From: an uncultured Candidatus Saccharibacteria bacterium
GTDB lineage: Bacteria > Patescibacteriota > Minisyncoccia > UBA6257 > 1-14-0-10-44-23
Length of the DNA stretch: 64,000 nucleotides
Reading direction: 5' to 3'
NCBI GenBank assembly: GCA_964641225.1
Contig: CAZXKC010000004.1
Location: forward strand, 29,026 to 93,025
Shown here: positions 1-9,663 of the stretch, piece after piece
Numbering within the stretch: position 1 is the stretch's first letter
Layout of the letters: each line of letters begins with the position of its first letter
The notes under the pieces: generated by a model
Database searches by the model: none
Told to the model about the DNA's origin: nothing
What the model saw: the letters and a program-made list of their open reading frames with translations, nothing else
Position numbers and translations under genes: made by a program

Positions 1-1855
1 TTCTGTCGGTTTTCTGAACACTGGAATCGTCGGGTAGCTGAGTCGTAATCGCAGCGTCTTTGAGCTGTAGCTGCTCACCCGTAAACATATCAGTATATGA
101 TCCGCTCGATTCTCCGATTAACTGAGGAAACTCGCCAACCTGGTCGGCCGCTGGCGTTAATTCAACCTGAAACACAAGCTCAACTGGTGCGCTCAATATA
201 CCCTGCGTGGCGGTAATCGATGGCACAGACCAGGTAATTTCTTGCGTTCTATCGTTATAAAACGGGGATATCGTATTTGAAGACTTGTAGATACCGGTGT
301 AGCGCACGTTTGGGCCTAAAAAGGCCTTGAGCGCTACTGAGGTAACGTCGGTAGAGGTATTTTTTAAGGTCCAATGAATCGTAAACTGCGTCGGCCGACC
401 TACGCCAGCCGGCAATGCGCCTGCATTTGCAATTCCTGATGTTGCATCGCGATAATAGCCTGTTGCAGCAAAGCCGAGCGTACCGCGCATCTTATTGGTA
501 ATCTCTGTTAAGCCGATTGTTTTGCTTGTTGCAACTCCAACCGGTACTGTCGGCGACTCAATTTGCGCCTTGACGCCGACGGTAAAATTTTTAGAGCTCA
601 GGCGTGTAATTGGATACGAGGCCTTTGTCGCGATTTCAAAATTGACAACACCAGTTGCGCCAGCCGCGAGCAAACTTAAATCAGCTATACGCGAGGCATT
701 CCAGATAATCGTGTTGTCGCTCGCCCTCAGAGCTCCTTCTGTTTTAATTGATTTTAAATCAAACATCTCGCCCACTAACTTTGCAGAGACGATAACATCT
801 TTAAGAGCAATCTGCGTATTGTTTGTATAGGTCAAGCGATATTTTATGTTTTGACCGGCGCTCAATATCTGCGTGTTGCCGCCGTCGAGCGCAACTTGCA
901 ACGAGAGCGGCGAAGGAGAAAGCGTAATATTAGCGCCTCCCTGAGCAACATCATATCGAACCTCACCGATCAGTGCACTAAGGGCTCCGCTGATAACAAA
1001 TGCAGCATTGTCCTGTCCCACTACAAATCCTTTAACTGTGACTTTTCCGCTCTGACCTGCGCGAACAACTCCAAGATCCCAGAGTGAACTCGCCGCATCA
1101 AGCGTCGAACTACTAACTGATTTAACGACAAATCCGGTCGGATATTTTAACTTTAATTGCACGGCATCATATTCAATTGTCGTATTGTTTGTATAGGTAA
1201 TCTCGGTCAAAAACTCCTCGCTACTAAGGGCCTTTGTCGGCGCAGCGATAGAAACAGTGAAACCGCCAGGCGCAAGAACGAGATCCTTAGAGATACTTTT
1301 TTCAAAACGTGAACTCAGCGTACCCGGCACATATGAGACTGAGGCCTTAATCTGCCTGACAATATTTTCATCCCCGGTGGCCATCACCATAAATGACTCT
1401 TTACGAACAACGCCACTCTCAATATCGCCCACGGTACGATTTTCGACTGTTTTTTGACTCGGCGAACCAATAAAAATAAGTTCGCTCGGAATTTCTAGGG
1501 CAACTTGCGCCTGCTCAAGCGTGTCTCCGGAATTATTCGTCACGCCGACATCGAGCGTGGTTGGAACACCATATTGCAGTTGATCAGGAAAATTAATCAC
1601 TACGTCAACGCCCTGGCCGTTTGTAGGACGCATCACCATATATACAGCTGCGCCAAGACCAAGAATAATAAAACCAATTAAGCTCAGGAGCAGCTTTTTC
1701 TTAAACGAAGACCTGGGCGGTTCGATAGAAACTCCTCCAGCCGGGCGTTGATCTATCCACGAATTAACTCCACCTTGGCCTGCAGATTGCGGAGCTTGCG
1801 CGGACTGAGGTTGTTCTGACGGCTGCTGAGACAAACCTGGATTTTCTTGTTGCAT
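1..1855 (-). CDS. Large membrane-anchored surface protein with repeated beta-rich domains (DUF11/CARDB-like). It has a Gln/Pro-rich N-terminus and one TM helix, and is partial because it runs off the window start.
   Basis: Hand translation of the minus strand from the ATG at 1855 stays open to position 1. N-terminus MQQENPGLSQQPSEQPQ..., TM helix KKLLLSLIGFIILGLGAAVYMV, then repeated TYTNNT-containing modules. The plus-strand ORFs 495-1457 are shadows of this gene. Confidence 0.45.
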   Translation of the reverse strand, partial: MQQENPGLSQQPSEQPQSAQAPQSAGQGGVNSWIDQRPAGGVSIEPPRSSFKKKLLLSLIGFIILGLGAAVYMVMRPTNGQGVDVVINFPDQLQYGVPTTLDVGVTNNSGDTLEQAQVALEIPSELIFIGSPSQKTVENRTVGDIESGVVRKESFMVMATGDENIVRQIKASVSYVPGTLSSRFEKSISKDLVLAPGGFTVSIAAPTKALSSEEFLTEITYTNNTTIEYDAVQLKLKYPTGFVVKSVSSSTLDAASSLWDLGVVRAGQSGKVTVKGFVVGQDNAAFVISGALSALIGEVRYDVAQGGANITLSPSPLSLQVALDGGNTQILSAGQNIKYRLTYTNNTQIALKDVIVSAKLVGEMFDLKSIKTEGALRASDNTIIWNASRIADLSLLAAGATGVVNFEIATKASYPITRLSSKNFTVGVKAQIESPTVPVGVATSKTIGLTEITNKMRGTLGFAATGYYRDATSGIANAGALPAGVGRPTQFTIHWTLKNTSTDVTSVALKAFLGPNVRYTGIYKSSNTISPFYNDRTQEITWSVPSITATQGILSAPVELVFQVELTPAADQVGEFPQLIGESSGSYTDMFTGEQLQLKDAAITTQLPDDSSVQKTDR

Positions 1856-1910
1856 TGTAAATAAAAAAATCGCATTTAGTCTACGATCCACTGCGTATCG
1901 GCTACTATTT

Positions 1911-2447
1911 TTATGATACCACGACTGCAGACCCAACCGCCCTATTACGCGCAGCCATGGATCGCTGTTTGCAGTTCGCGCACAGATAACTCGTGGTTCT
2001 GATAATAAAATGTTCAGGTCGTTCTTTTTCGCATTCGCCGCAGCGTGCATGCGCCGGATCAAATCCTAATACGCGCAAGGTTGCCGCACTTGCAAGTCGA
2101 CGCGTCTCTATTAAATTCCACACCTCATCATCAGGATGATAGAGATCAGTCATCGCACTAATAAGCCCGGCCACCTCAACCAGAGCTTGAGTGGCTCGCA
2201 TATCTGTACCAACATATTTTTCAATCGCAAGGGCATCAACTACCTGCATACCACGACGCTCGACGAGGCGAACCGTTACGATCGAAAGTGGTTGTAAATG
2301 TGCCGCAAGCTTTGAATGCGCCTTTCGTGCTGCGCGCGCAAACACAATAACTCGTCCGAGTCTCTGGGTGAATAATTGTATACGCAAATCATACTCGCCT
2401 GCCGGCTGTGCATCTAAGACAAACGCTTGCGTAACGTATTCTTGCAT
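1911..2447 (-). CDS. recO: DNA repair protein RecO (short form)
   Basis: N-terminal OB-fold-like YVTQAFVLDAQPAGEYDLRIQLFT and a C-terminal CxxC...CxxC zinc motif (CGECEK...CANCK). Confidence 0.5.
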   Translation of the reverse strand: MQEYVTQAFVLDAQPAGEYDLRIQLFTQRLGRVIVFARAARKAHSKLAAHLQPLSIVTVRLVERRGMQVVDALAIEKYVGTDMRATQALVEVAGLISAMTDLYHPDDEVWNLIETRRLASAATLRVLGFDPAHARCGECEKERPEHFIIRTTSYLCANCKQRSMAARNRAVGSAVVVS

Positions 2448-2629
2448 TGTTTTATTTTATGTACCGCACAATTACATGGATCCACTTCTTATTCGGAGTA
2501 ATTAATACGCTGATTATTTCAAAAGGATGCCTGGCTAATACTATTCTAAGTTCTGTCTCAGAATAGTATTTAAAATATCGAGGCGCATCAACTTTTTCAA
2601 GCGATACTTCATGGCCTCAGTATGCCGTG

Positions 2630-2658
2630 AAAACTAAAATGACTCAATGAGCTGAGTC
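2630..2658 (-). terminator. Rho-independent terminator downstream of tRNA-Leu(GAG)
   Basis: Hairpin GACTCA-gctcat-TGAGTC, followed on the minus strand by ATTTTAGTTTT. Confidence 0.35.
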
Positions 2659-2671
2659 TTTAAGCTAATTG

Positions 2672-2753
2672 TGCACGGGGTGGGACTTGAACCCACATGC
2701 CTTGCGGCGCTACCACCTCAAGGTAGTGCGTCTGCCAGTTTCGCCACCCGTGC
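2672..2753 (-). tRNA. tRNA-Leu (anticodon GAG), class II with a long variable arm
   Basis: Cloverleaf folded by hand: acceptor GCACGGG/CCCGTGC, anticodon loop TTGAGGT, long variable arm, T-loop GTTCAAGTC. Confidence 0.75.
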
Positions 2754-2829
2754 TTGAGATTGAGACAGTATATACAATCTTTACAAAATACTCAAACACA
2801 AAACCGCCTTTTAGCGGTTTTGTTAAAAA

Positions 2830-3207
2830 CTATTTTACTTCAGCTACTTCGTTGCTCTTTGCAACCTTCGCAACTTTTTCAGCGGCAACTGCGGTCTTGC
2901 GGCGCAATTCGCGACGGCTGATATCACGTACGTAGTAAATCTTGCTGCGGCCAACTTTCTTTGGTGAGCTGAGAACTTCTACTTTGCTGATTGATGGCGT
3001 GTGGATCGGAAACACCTTTTCAATTCCTTCGCCGGACATCGTCGCGCGAACAGTAAATGATGCACCGGCCTCTGAGCCATGTTTACGAGCAAGCACAAGA
3101 CCCTCAAAACGAGTTTCTCGTGTTTTGTTGCCGTCTTTAACGGTTTCGATAACGCGTACAGTTGCGCCTGCTTTTATCTTCGGAAGTACTGATTCGTGAA
3201 TAGCCAT
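2830..3207 (-). CDS. rplS: 50S ribosomal protein L19
   Basis: The sequence MAIHESVLPKIKAGATVRVIE...RSKIYYVRD is L19-like. The start was moved to the internal Met at 3207. Confidence 0.75.
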   Translation of the reverse strand: MAIHESVLPKIKAGATVRVIETVKDGNKTRETRFEGLVLARKHGSEAGASFTVRATMSGEGIEKVFPIHTPSISKVEVLSSPKKVGRSKIYYVRDISRRELRRKTAVAAEKVAKVAKSNEVAEVK

Positions 3208-3301
3208 AGATTTGAATTCAAAGAGTATACAGTAATTTAAGAAATTACGCAAGAGGTCTATTACATATACATAAGAAGATTACAGCCTGTATAATGAACA
3301 G

Positions 3302-4441
3302 ATGAAAATCGCGATCGATATTCGCCTGCTTGCACAAGGAGGTACAACGGGTATTCCGGGCTACACGAAAGAGCTTATTGATTCACTGCTCCGTTTTCAC
3401 CCTGAACACGAGTACATTCTTTTTTATAATGCATTTACTAAGCAGCCACTTCCGCCGCAGTGGCGGCGTGCATACAACGTTACTATTGTAGAAAAAACTA
3501 TCCCAAATAGACTCCTTAACGCCTCTTTCAGGCTTTTTAATCGCCCGCACTTTGCAATATTTTCCGAGGCTGACGTTATCTTCAGTCCCCACTTTAATCT
3601 GCTCCCACGAACAAAAACTCCGCGCGTTATCACCTTTCACGATCTCTCGTTTCTACACTATCCTCAGTTTTTCTCAATGCAGCAAAAAATATGGCACTGG
3701 ATGCAGGAGTCAAAACAACAGGCGCAGAATGCCGCACGCCTTATTGCAGTTTCACAGACAACAAAAGACGATCTAATGCATTTTTATACTATTCCTGAAA
3801 AAAATATCAGTATTATATACTCCGGCATCGGAAGCGAATTTAAAAAACTAGCAACAGACAATCAAGATCTTAAACTCTTCAAGCGCAGACGATCACTCGA
3901 GAAGCCGTACATTCTCTATTTAGGCACACTTGAGTCTCGCAAAAATTTGCCGCTTATAATTCGCGGCTTTTCGCAGCTGATTACTCGCCCAGGATACAGC
4001 CAGTATCAATTACTGCTTGCTGGGCGACCTGGCTTTGGATATGACCAGATCAAAAAAGAAATTGCCTGTTCGGCTATTCCGGCAGCGATCAGAGAATTGG
4101 GACCGGTAGCAGACGAAGAGCGGGTATACTTATATAATGCGGCACGCGCATGCGTCTTCCCCTCATTTTTTGAAGGATTTGGATTTCCTCCCCTCGAGGC
4201 GCAGGCATGCCAGACGCCCGTAATCTCATCGAACCGAACCTCGCTTCATGAAATACTGAGCGATTCAGTAGTTACGGTTAATCCCTGGAAACCCGCAGAG
4301 CTGACAGAGGCAATTATCCGTCTGGAATCTGACGCGAGCTTTCGAAACAAGATCATTACGAGCGGAATTAAAAATGCACAGCGATTCACGTGGAAGCAAG
4401 CCGCACAGCAGCTGATGGATGCATTCAAATGTGTTTCTTAA
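3302..4441 (+). CDS. Glycosyltransferase family 1 (GT4)
   Basis: C-terminal GT4 signature: GTLESRKNL...FPSFFEGFGFPPLEAQACQTPVISS. Confidence 0.75.
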   Translation: MKIAIDIRLLAQGGTTGIPGYTKELIDSLLRFHPEHEYILFYNAFTKQPLPPQWRRAYNVTIVEKTIPNRLLNASFRLFNRPHFAIFSEADVIFSPHFNLLPRTKTPRVITFHDLSFLHYPQFFSMQQKIWHWMQESKQQAQNAARLIAVSQTTKDDLMHFYTIPEKNISIIYSGIGSEFKKLATDNQDLKLFKRRRSLEKPYILYLGTLESRKNLPLIIRGFSQLITRPGYSQYQLLLAGRPGFGYDQIKKEIACSAIPAAIRELGPVADEERVYLYNAARACVFPSFFEGFGFPPLEAQACQTPVISSNRTSLHEILSDSVVTVNPWKPAELTEAIIRLESDASFRNKIITSGIKNAQRFTWKQAAQQLMDAFKCVS

Positions 4442-4447
4442 AAAATA

Positions 4448-6436
4448 ATGGAAGAGGTAGAAGAGATATTACAGATTAGACGCAGAACGGCTCCGCGCCA
4501 GAAGATAGCGAAGCCTAGTAACGCAGCGCGCTGGATCACGCTCGGCATCATTGGCGCACTTATATGTGGCTCGCTCGGTTTTTATGGATGGCGACTTCTT
4601 ACACTAAAAGATTTTGCTGCGCAATCTAAAGAACAAATTATTGCTCAGCTTGCCGAGGCACGCGCCTCCTTGCAATCTCTTAACCCTGCGGGTGCTGCTC
4701 AGCCGCTTGCCGACATTCAAACTGAACTTGCGACACTACAAACCGAGGCCGGGAAATACGGCGTACTTACCCTTGCAGGCTGGTGGGGCAATGTACAAGA
4801 AAAATTTCAAGCACTACCAGGTATTTTGCAAGACCTTACCGGTATTTCCGGGACAGCAATTCATATTAATGAAGACCTTGCATATCTTAAAGAACATACG
4901 CTCAGCCTGATGCTGGGTGGAAAAGGAGAGGAATTACTTGAGCGGCTTGCCAGCCTGCAAGACAAGCTCGCCCGGCTGACTATATACGTTGAACATATTC
5001 GCTCTCAAGCACCACTTGATGCGGCAACACAAAAAACTCTCTCTGGGTTTAATGTTGAGCTCACCGAAGCCACTCAGTCACTAGGCGCCCTTCGGACACT
5101 GCTAAGCCCGCAGAAAGAACGCCACGTATTAGTCATGTTTCAGAATGAAAGCGAATTGCGTCCTGGCGGCGGCTTTTTAGGAAGCTATGCCGATGTCACT
5201 ATTGCGCACGGCGCTGTTACCAACATTGAAGTGCGCGACATTTACGATCCGGACGGACAGTTATTTACAAACGTTATCCCGCCGCGACCGCTGCAGCGCC
5301 TGACTAAAGATTGGGAGGCGCGCGACGCAAACTGGTTTGCAGACTTCCCTGCCTCTGCTCAAAAAGTGCTGAGCTTCATGAATCAATCGCGTATCTATAC
5401 CGACAGACAAGTCACCTTTGAAGGCGCAGCCGCTATCAACACACACGTTATTGGCGACATTATTGATTTAGTTGGACCTATTGAGCTGCCTGAATTTAAA
5501 CTGACTATTACCGGTGACACATTTATGCGCGAGCTGCAAAAAGAAGTAGAGGCCGGTGAAAATAAAAAAATTAATCAGCCAAAGAAAATACTACAGACAC
5601 TTGCACCTATTCTTTTAGAACGCCTTAAAACCCGGACTAGATCACAAGATGCGGCATTTTTAGAAAAAATCCGTTACAACTTTACGCGCAAAAATATCAT
5701 GCTGTATGTAGACGATCCAATTCTCGAGCATCAATTTACAACCCGCGATGTTGGCGGAAACCTTACGCATCTTGAAAAAACAAATTCCGCAACAATCAGC
5801 GACTATCTGGCAGTAATTACCGCAAACATGGCTGGCGGCAAAAGCGACTTTGTAACCCGGCAGTCTATCAAGCTCGTAAGTACATTTACCGCAACTGGTA
5901 CGCTCGTTAATCAACTCACGATAACTCGTCAGAATAAAGGCAACACAGAAACAGAGTGGTGGTATAAATCACCACATAAAACATATACCCAGATATATAT
6001 GCCACTTGGTTCAAAAATATACTCAGCGCAGGGCAACAAAGCCTGGCCAGATCCTATTGTAAGAGATTATAGCAAGTACCAGGAAGATCCTGATGTTGCC
6101 GCGATTGAAGCTACACACCTGTTTCTTGACACTGAACAACTGGATCGTTTTATCGCTTTCAATAAAACTGTTTTTGCCGGCTGGATAACAACTCCGACAG
6201 GAGCCACATCAACATTTACGATGAACTACAGAAATCCGAAAAAATTTACCCCTGCTGTAAAAAACTACGAATTCTATTTTGACAAACAATCCGGCGCCAA
6301 CACATCATTAGAAGTTTCTATTATTGCACCACCTGGTTTTATCTGGCAGGAAACTTCAAGTACGACGCTCAGCTTTGCAGATGAAGACCCGCCGGGAAAG
6401 ATAAAGATTGCAGGAACGCTTGTACGGCAACCGTAG
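4448..6436 (+). CDS. Membrane-anchored DUF4012-like protein
   Basis: N-terminal TM helix, coiled-coil, and the motif LVMFQNESELRPGGGFLGSYADVT typical of DUF4012 proteins found next to glycosyltransferases. Family assignment is from memory only. Confidence 0.35.
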   Translation: MEEVEEILQIRRRTAPRQKIAKPSNAARWITLGIIGALICGSLGFYGWRLLTLKDFAAQSKEQIIAQLAEARASLQSLNPAGAAQPLADIQTELATLQTEAGKYGVLTLAGWWGNVQEKFQALPGILQDLTGISGTAIHINEDLAYLKEHTLSLMLGGKGEELLERLASLQDKLARLTIYVEHIRSQAPLDAATQKTLSGFNVELTEATQSLGALRTLLSPQKERHVLVMFQNESELRPGGGFLGSYADVTIAHGAVTNIEVRDIYDPDGQLFTNVIPPRPLQRLTKDWEARDANWFADFPASAQKVLSFMNQSRIYTDRQVTFEGAAAINTHVIGDIIDLVGPIELPEFKLTITGDTFMRELQKEVEAGENKKINQPKKILQTLAPILLERLKTRTRSQDAAFLEKIRYNFTRKNIMLYVDDPILEHQFTTRDVGGNLTHLEKTNSATISDYLAVITANMAGGKSDFVTRQSIKLVSTFTATGTLVNQLTITRQNKGNTETEWWYKSPHKTYTQIYMPLGSKIYSAQGNKAWPDPIVRDYSKYQEDPDVAAIEATHLFLDTEQLDRFIAFNKTVFAGWITTPTGATSTFTMNYRNPKKFTPAVKNYEFYFDKQSGANTSLEVSIIAPPGFIWQETSSTTLSFADEDPPGKIKIAGTLVRQP

Positions 6437-6437
6437 C

Positions 6438-7187
6438 CTATGCAACCTCAAGTTGTCTGAGCACCTGCTGCAGGTCTGCAGGTAGTTCAGCGGTAAGCGA
6501 AAGCTTCTTGCCGTCTTCAAGCGGAAGCTCTAAATGCTCCGCGTGCAAAAATTGTCGATTTAGTTCTTCGATTGGCTCACCAAGCTCAAACACCATAATT
6601 CCCTTTTTGCCATACAGCTTGTCGCCCACCAGCGCGTGGCCGATTGAACTAAAGTGAACACGAATCTGATGCGTGCGGCCTGTCTTTGGCATCACCTTCA
6701 CAAGCGTGAGCTCATCGCGATGTTTACCGTGCCGATATAAATAATGTCCGAGCGTTTCGTATTCAGTAACAGACTCGCGCGGCATACGCCCCTTAAACAC
6801 GGTACGCTTCACGGTACCGTTGATAATACTGATTGGCTTATCAATAACGCCCTTCTTTTCGTGGATACGACCCCAGACGAGCGCAATATAGGTCTTTTTT
6901 ATTTTCTTCGTTTGAAAAAGTTTTTTTAAATACTCAAATGTCTTTTGATTGCGCGCAACAATCATCGCACCGCTCGTCTCACGATCAAGGCGGTGCACAA
7001 TCCCCGGTCGCTCTTCTGGCTTATCGCCTACTTTCGCAATCTCCGGATATTTTTTAACGAGCACGTCAGTCAGCGTCTCTTCATTGTGCTTCGAGCCGTG
7101 CTTGTCAAAAATTCCGTGCACCATTAAACCCGCGGGTTTATTTATCCCGAGAACGTTTTTGTCTTCGTAAAGAACTGGGATATCCAT
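6438..7187 (-). CDS. RluA-family pseudouridine synthase
   Basis: Catalytic HRLDRETSGAMIVARN motif. Confidence 0.8.
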   Translation of the reverse strand: MDIPVLYEDKNVLGINKPAGLMVHGIFDKHGSKHNEETLTDVLVKKYPEIAKVGDKPEERPGIVHRLDRETSGAMIVARNQKTFEYLKKLFQTKKIKKTYIALVWGRIHEKKGVIDKPISIINGTVKRTVFKGRMPRESVTEYETLGHYLYRHGKHRDELTLVKVMPKTGRTHQIRVHFSSIGHALVGDKLYGKKGIMVFELGEPIEELNRQFLHAEHLELPLEDGKKLSLTAELPADLQQVLRQLEVA

Positions 7188-7188
7188 A

Positions 7189-7770
7189 TTATTGAGTAAA
7201 TACTTTAAATTCTCCTTCGCGCAGCGTTACTGTTTCAAGCTCGGGGTGAAATGCTTTTACAAAATCATGCGCCTTCTTCCAATCTTTGATTTCGGGGTTG
7301 TAATTAGATTCAAAGTGAACAATTATTTTAACCGGTAATAATCCCAATCCTTCGTGCATATCAAAGTCACGCAAACCGTAATAATATGTTGAAAGTAAAT
7401 TAGCACCAGCAGAGTTTCCGGCAATGACTGATCCTTTGAATGCCTGCCTCCAATTCGGATATTCAGCGAAGCCTTCATTAATAAGGTCCATCTTGCCGCC
7501 ACCAATATACAGAACATCTGCCTGCGCTAACTGGGTGAGGAAATTCTCGTGCGAAGCAAGTTCTATTTTTTCAATGCTATCACCCAAGTGTTCTTGAAAA
7601 AAATCGACATCTTTTTGAAAATTTTCAGCTTTGTTTTGCTCAGGAACAGCAAAAAGACATACCAAAATTTTTATTGGCTTGCTTTTATTTTCAACAAAAT
7701 GCTGGCAAAAAGCTTTGCCTTTATCTGCCGCCTTACTGCGATAACCACCAAAAAGAAGATACTTTGTCAT
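7189..7770 (-). CDS. Peptidase S51 (dipeptidase E-like, class I glutamine amidotransferase-like fold)
   Basis: Nucleophile motif IAGNSAGANLL (GxSAG) plus the LYIGGG motif. Confidence 0.5.
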   Translation of the reverse strand: MTKYLLFGGYRSKAADKGKAFCQHFVENKSKPIKILVCLFAVPEQNKAENFQKDVDFFQEHLGDSIEKIELASHENFLTQLAQADVLYIGGGKMDLINEGFAEYPNWRQAFKGSVIAGNSAGANLLSTYYYGLRDFDMHEGLGLLPVKIIVHFESNYNPEIKDWKKAHDFVKAFHPELETVTLREGEFKVFTQ

Positions 7771-7771
7771 G

Positions 7772-7843
7772 TGCGCCTTGCTGGGATCGAACCAGCGGCC
7801 TTTTCAATGTCAATGAAACGCTCTACCACTGAGCTAAAGGCGC
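7772..7843 (-). tRNA. tRNA-Val (anticodon GAC)
   Basis: Hand-folded cloverleaf: acceptor GCGCCTT/AAGGCGC, anticodon loop TTGACAT, T-loop GGTTCGATCC. Confidence 0.75.
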
Positions 7844-7881
7844 GTGAATAAATTTTCAATAAACCAGAAACGCTATACAAA

Positions 7882-8020
7882 ACCCACTGAGCTATCGCGA
7901 GCCGCCCTTGGCGGCGGTTACGAATGCGGCGGTGGCCGCAACCTTGAGCGACAAGGCCCTGGTACCTCGGCGCTCCTGGTCTTAAAATAAGAGCCGAGGG
8001 GCCGCCATAGGCGCGAGAGT
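7882..8020 (-). repeat. Copy A of a roughly 140-nt conserved structured element, 5' of tRNA-Val
   Basis: About 85-90% identical to the elements at 12763-12904 and 56702-56840. It contains covarying hairpins and ends with GGCTCGCGATAGCTCAGTGG. Confidence 0.45.
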
Positions 8021-8124
8021 ACAGATATAGTACAAAAAAATGCCCATTTGGGCAAGAGAAGTCTCCTTCCGAGCGGCACAACAAGGGTCGCGCCGCTCGG
8101 GGAAATGGTTGCTGTTGTTGAGGT

Positions 8125-9582
8125 TCAGACGTGCAGTTCGGCGGTGCCGGAAAGCACGTCACAGTACTTCATCAGTGCGGGATCCACATAGGTGGCGAGG
8201 AACTGATCCACCTGCCGGGGAGCGCACCCGATGAAGACAGCGGGATCAGTGAGCAAGCGCATGCCACCACTGACTGCCATCTCGGCGAAGTAGGGATCCT
8301 CGCAGAGCCGATCCAGCAGGTCGTTGGCGCCGTCACCTTCCTTCACGCGCTTGCCGGCTTCCTGCGAATGAACCCGGATCTTCTCGTGGCAGACCTGGCG
8401 ATCCGCCCCGTACCGCTCCACCATCTCCATGATCACCTGTTCGGTGGCCAGGAACGGCAGTTCGGCTCGCAGGTTCCGCTCGATGACTTTGGGGTAGACC
8501 ACTGTCCCCTCGAAGACGTTCTGCATGATGATCAGAATGGCGTCGATCGACAGGAAAGCCTCCGGCAAGTAGATCCGGCGACCCGCGCTGTCGTCGAGCG
8601 TGCGCTCGAAGAACTGAGTCGCCTGCGTCATGAACGCATCGAGAGGCAGGATCATGGCGTGGCGCGAGAGCGAATCGGCTCGCTCGGACCGCATCGGGTT
8701 TCGCTTGTAAGCCATTGCGCTGGAGCCGATCTGGCCCTTCTCGAACGGCTCCTCGATCTCCTTGAGCATCTGGAGAACGCGCAGGTCGAGACAGATCTTA
8801 TGGACGCTGGCGGCCAGCCCGCCGAGCGCCGAGAGGACCATGGCGTCGATCTTGCGCGGGTAGGTCTGCCCGGGCACCATGAACCGCTCCGAGAAACTGA
8901 AGGCGGTCGCGACCAGGTAGTCGAGCCGCTCCACCTTTGCCTCGTCCCCCTTGAACAGCTTGAGGAACGAGTCCTGGGTGCCAGTGGCACCCTTGGCGCC
9001 GAGGAAGAAGATCTTGGGGATCAACTCCTCGATCGCCTGCAGATCCAGCAGCAGGTCCTGAATCCACATTGCAGCCCGCTTGCCGACAGTAGTCGGCTGG
9101 GCCGGCTGCAGATGCGTCCTGCCCAACGTCGGCAGTTCACGGTACTGCAGAGCGAACTTCCGCATCCGGTCGATCACTCGAGCGAGCGAAACGCAGGTCA
9201 TGCGCAGCGCGTCACGCAGGATCACCAGGTCGGCGTTGTCGGTCACATAGCAACTGGTGGCACCGAGGTGGATGATCGGCTTGGCCAGCGGACAGATCGC
9301 GCCGAAGGTCTCTACGTGCGCCATCACGTCGTGCCGCTTCTGTCGCTCGAAGGCAGCGGCGGCCGTGTAGTCGATGTCACGCAGATGGGACTCCATCTCG
9401 GCGAGCTGCGCGCTGGTGATCGAGAGCCCGAGCTTTTGCTCGGCGCGTGCGAGCTCCAGCCAGAGCTTGCGCCAGAGATAGAACTTGTTGTCGTCGCCAA
9501 ACAGCTTCTGCATGGCATCCGACGAGTAGCGGCTGACGAGCGGATTTCGCCACCGTTCGGTGGGACTTTCGGTTGCAGTCAC
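8125..9582 (-). CDS. purB: Adenylosuccinate lyase
   Basis: Fumarate-lyase signature GSSAMAYKRNPMRSE and an N-terminal region typical of PurB. Local GC is about 64% against a background of about 45%. Confidence 0.85.
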   Translation of the reverse strand: MTATESPTERWRNPLVSRYSSDAMQKLFGDDNKFYLWRKLWLELARAEQKLGLSITSAQLAEMESHLRDIDYTAAAAFERQKRHDVMAHVETFGAICPLAKPIIHLGATSCYVTDNADLVILRDALRMTCVSLARVIDRMRKFALQYRELPTLGRTHLQPAQPTTVGKRAAMWIQDLLLDLQAIEELIPKIFFLGAKGATGTQDSFLKLFKGDEAKVERLDYLVATAFSFSERFMVPGQTYPRKIDAMVLSALGGLAASVHKICLDLRVLQMLKEIEEPFEKGQIGSSAMAYKRNPMRSERADSLSRHAMILPLDAFMTQATQFFERTLDDSAGRRIYLPEAFLSIDAILIIMQNVFEGTVVYPKVIERNLRAELPFLATEQVIMEMVERYGADRQVCHEKIRVHSQEAGKRVKEGDGANDLLDRLCEDPYFAEMAVSGGMRLLTDPAVFIGCAPRQVDQFLATYVDPALMKYCDVLSGTAELHV

Positions 9583-9663
9583 GTAGCACTCCTTGAGGGG
9601 TTGTTACGCTCCTGCACACGCAGTCGCTCTTCCCCGCACCCACCCTACCAAAATATTCTGCTC

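Noticed and set aside
495-1457. Three short plus-strand ORFs (495-830, 851-1087, 1257-1457)
   Set aside because: They lie inside the long uninterrupted minus-strand surface-protein gene (<1..1855) and are shadow ORFs.
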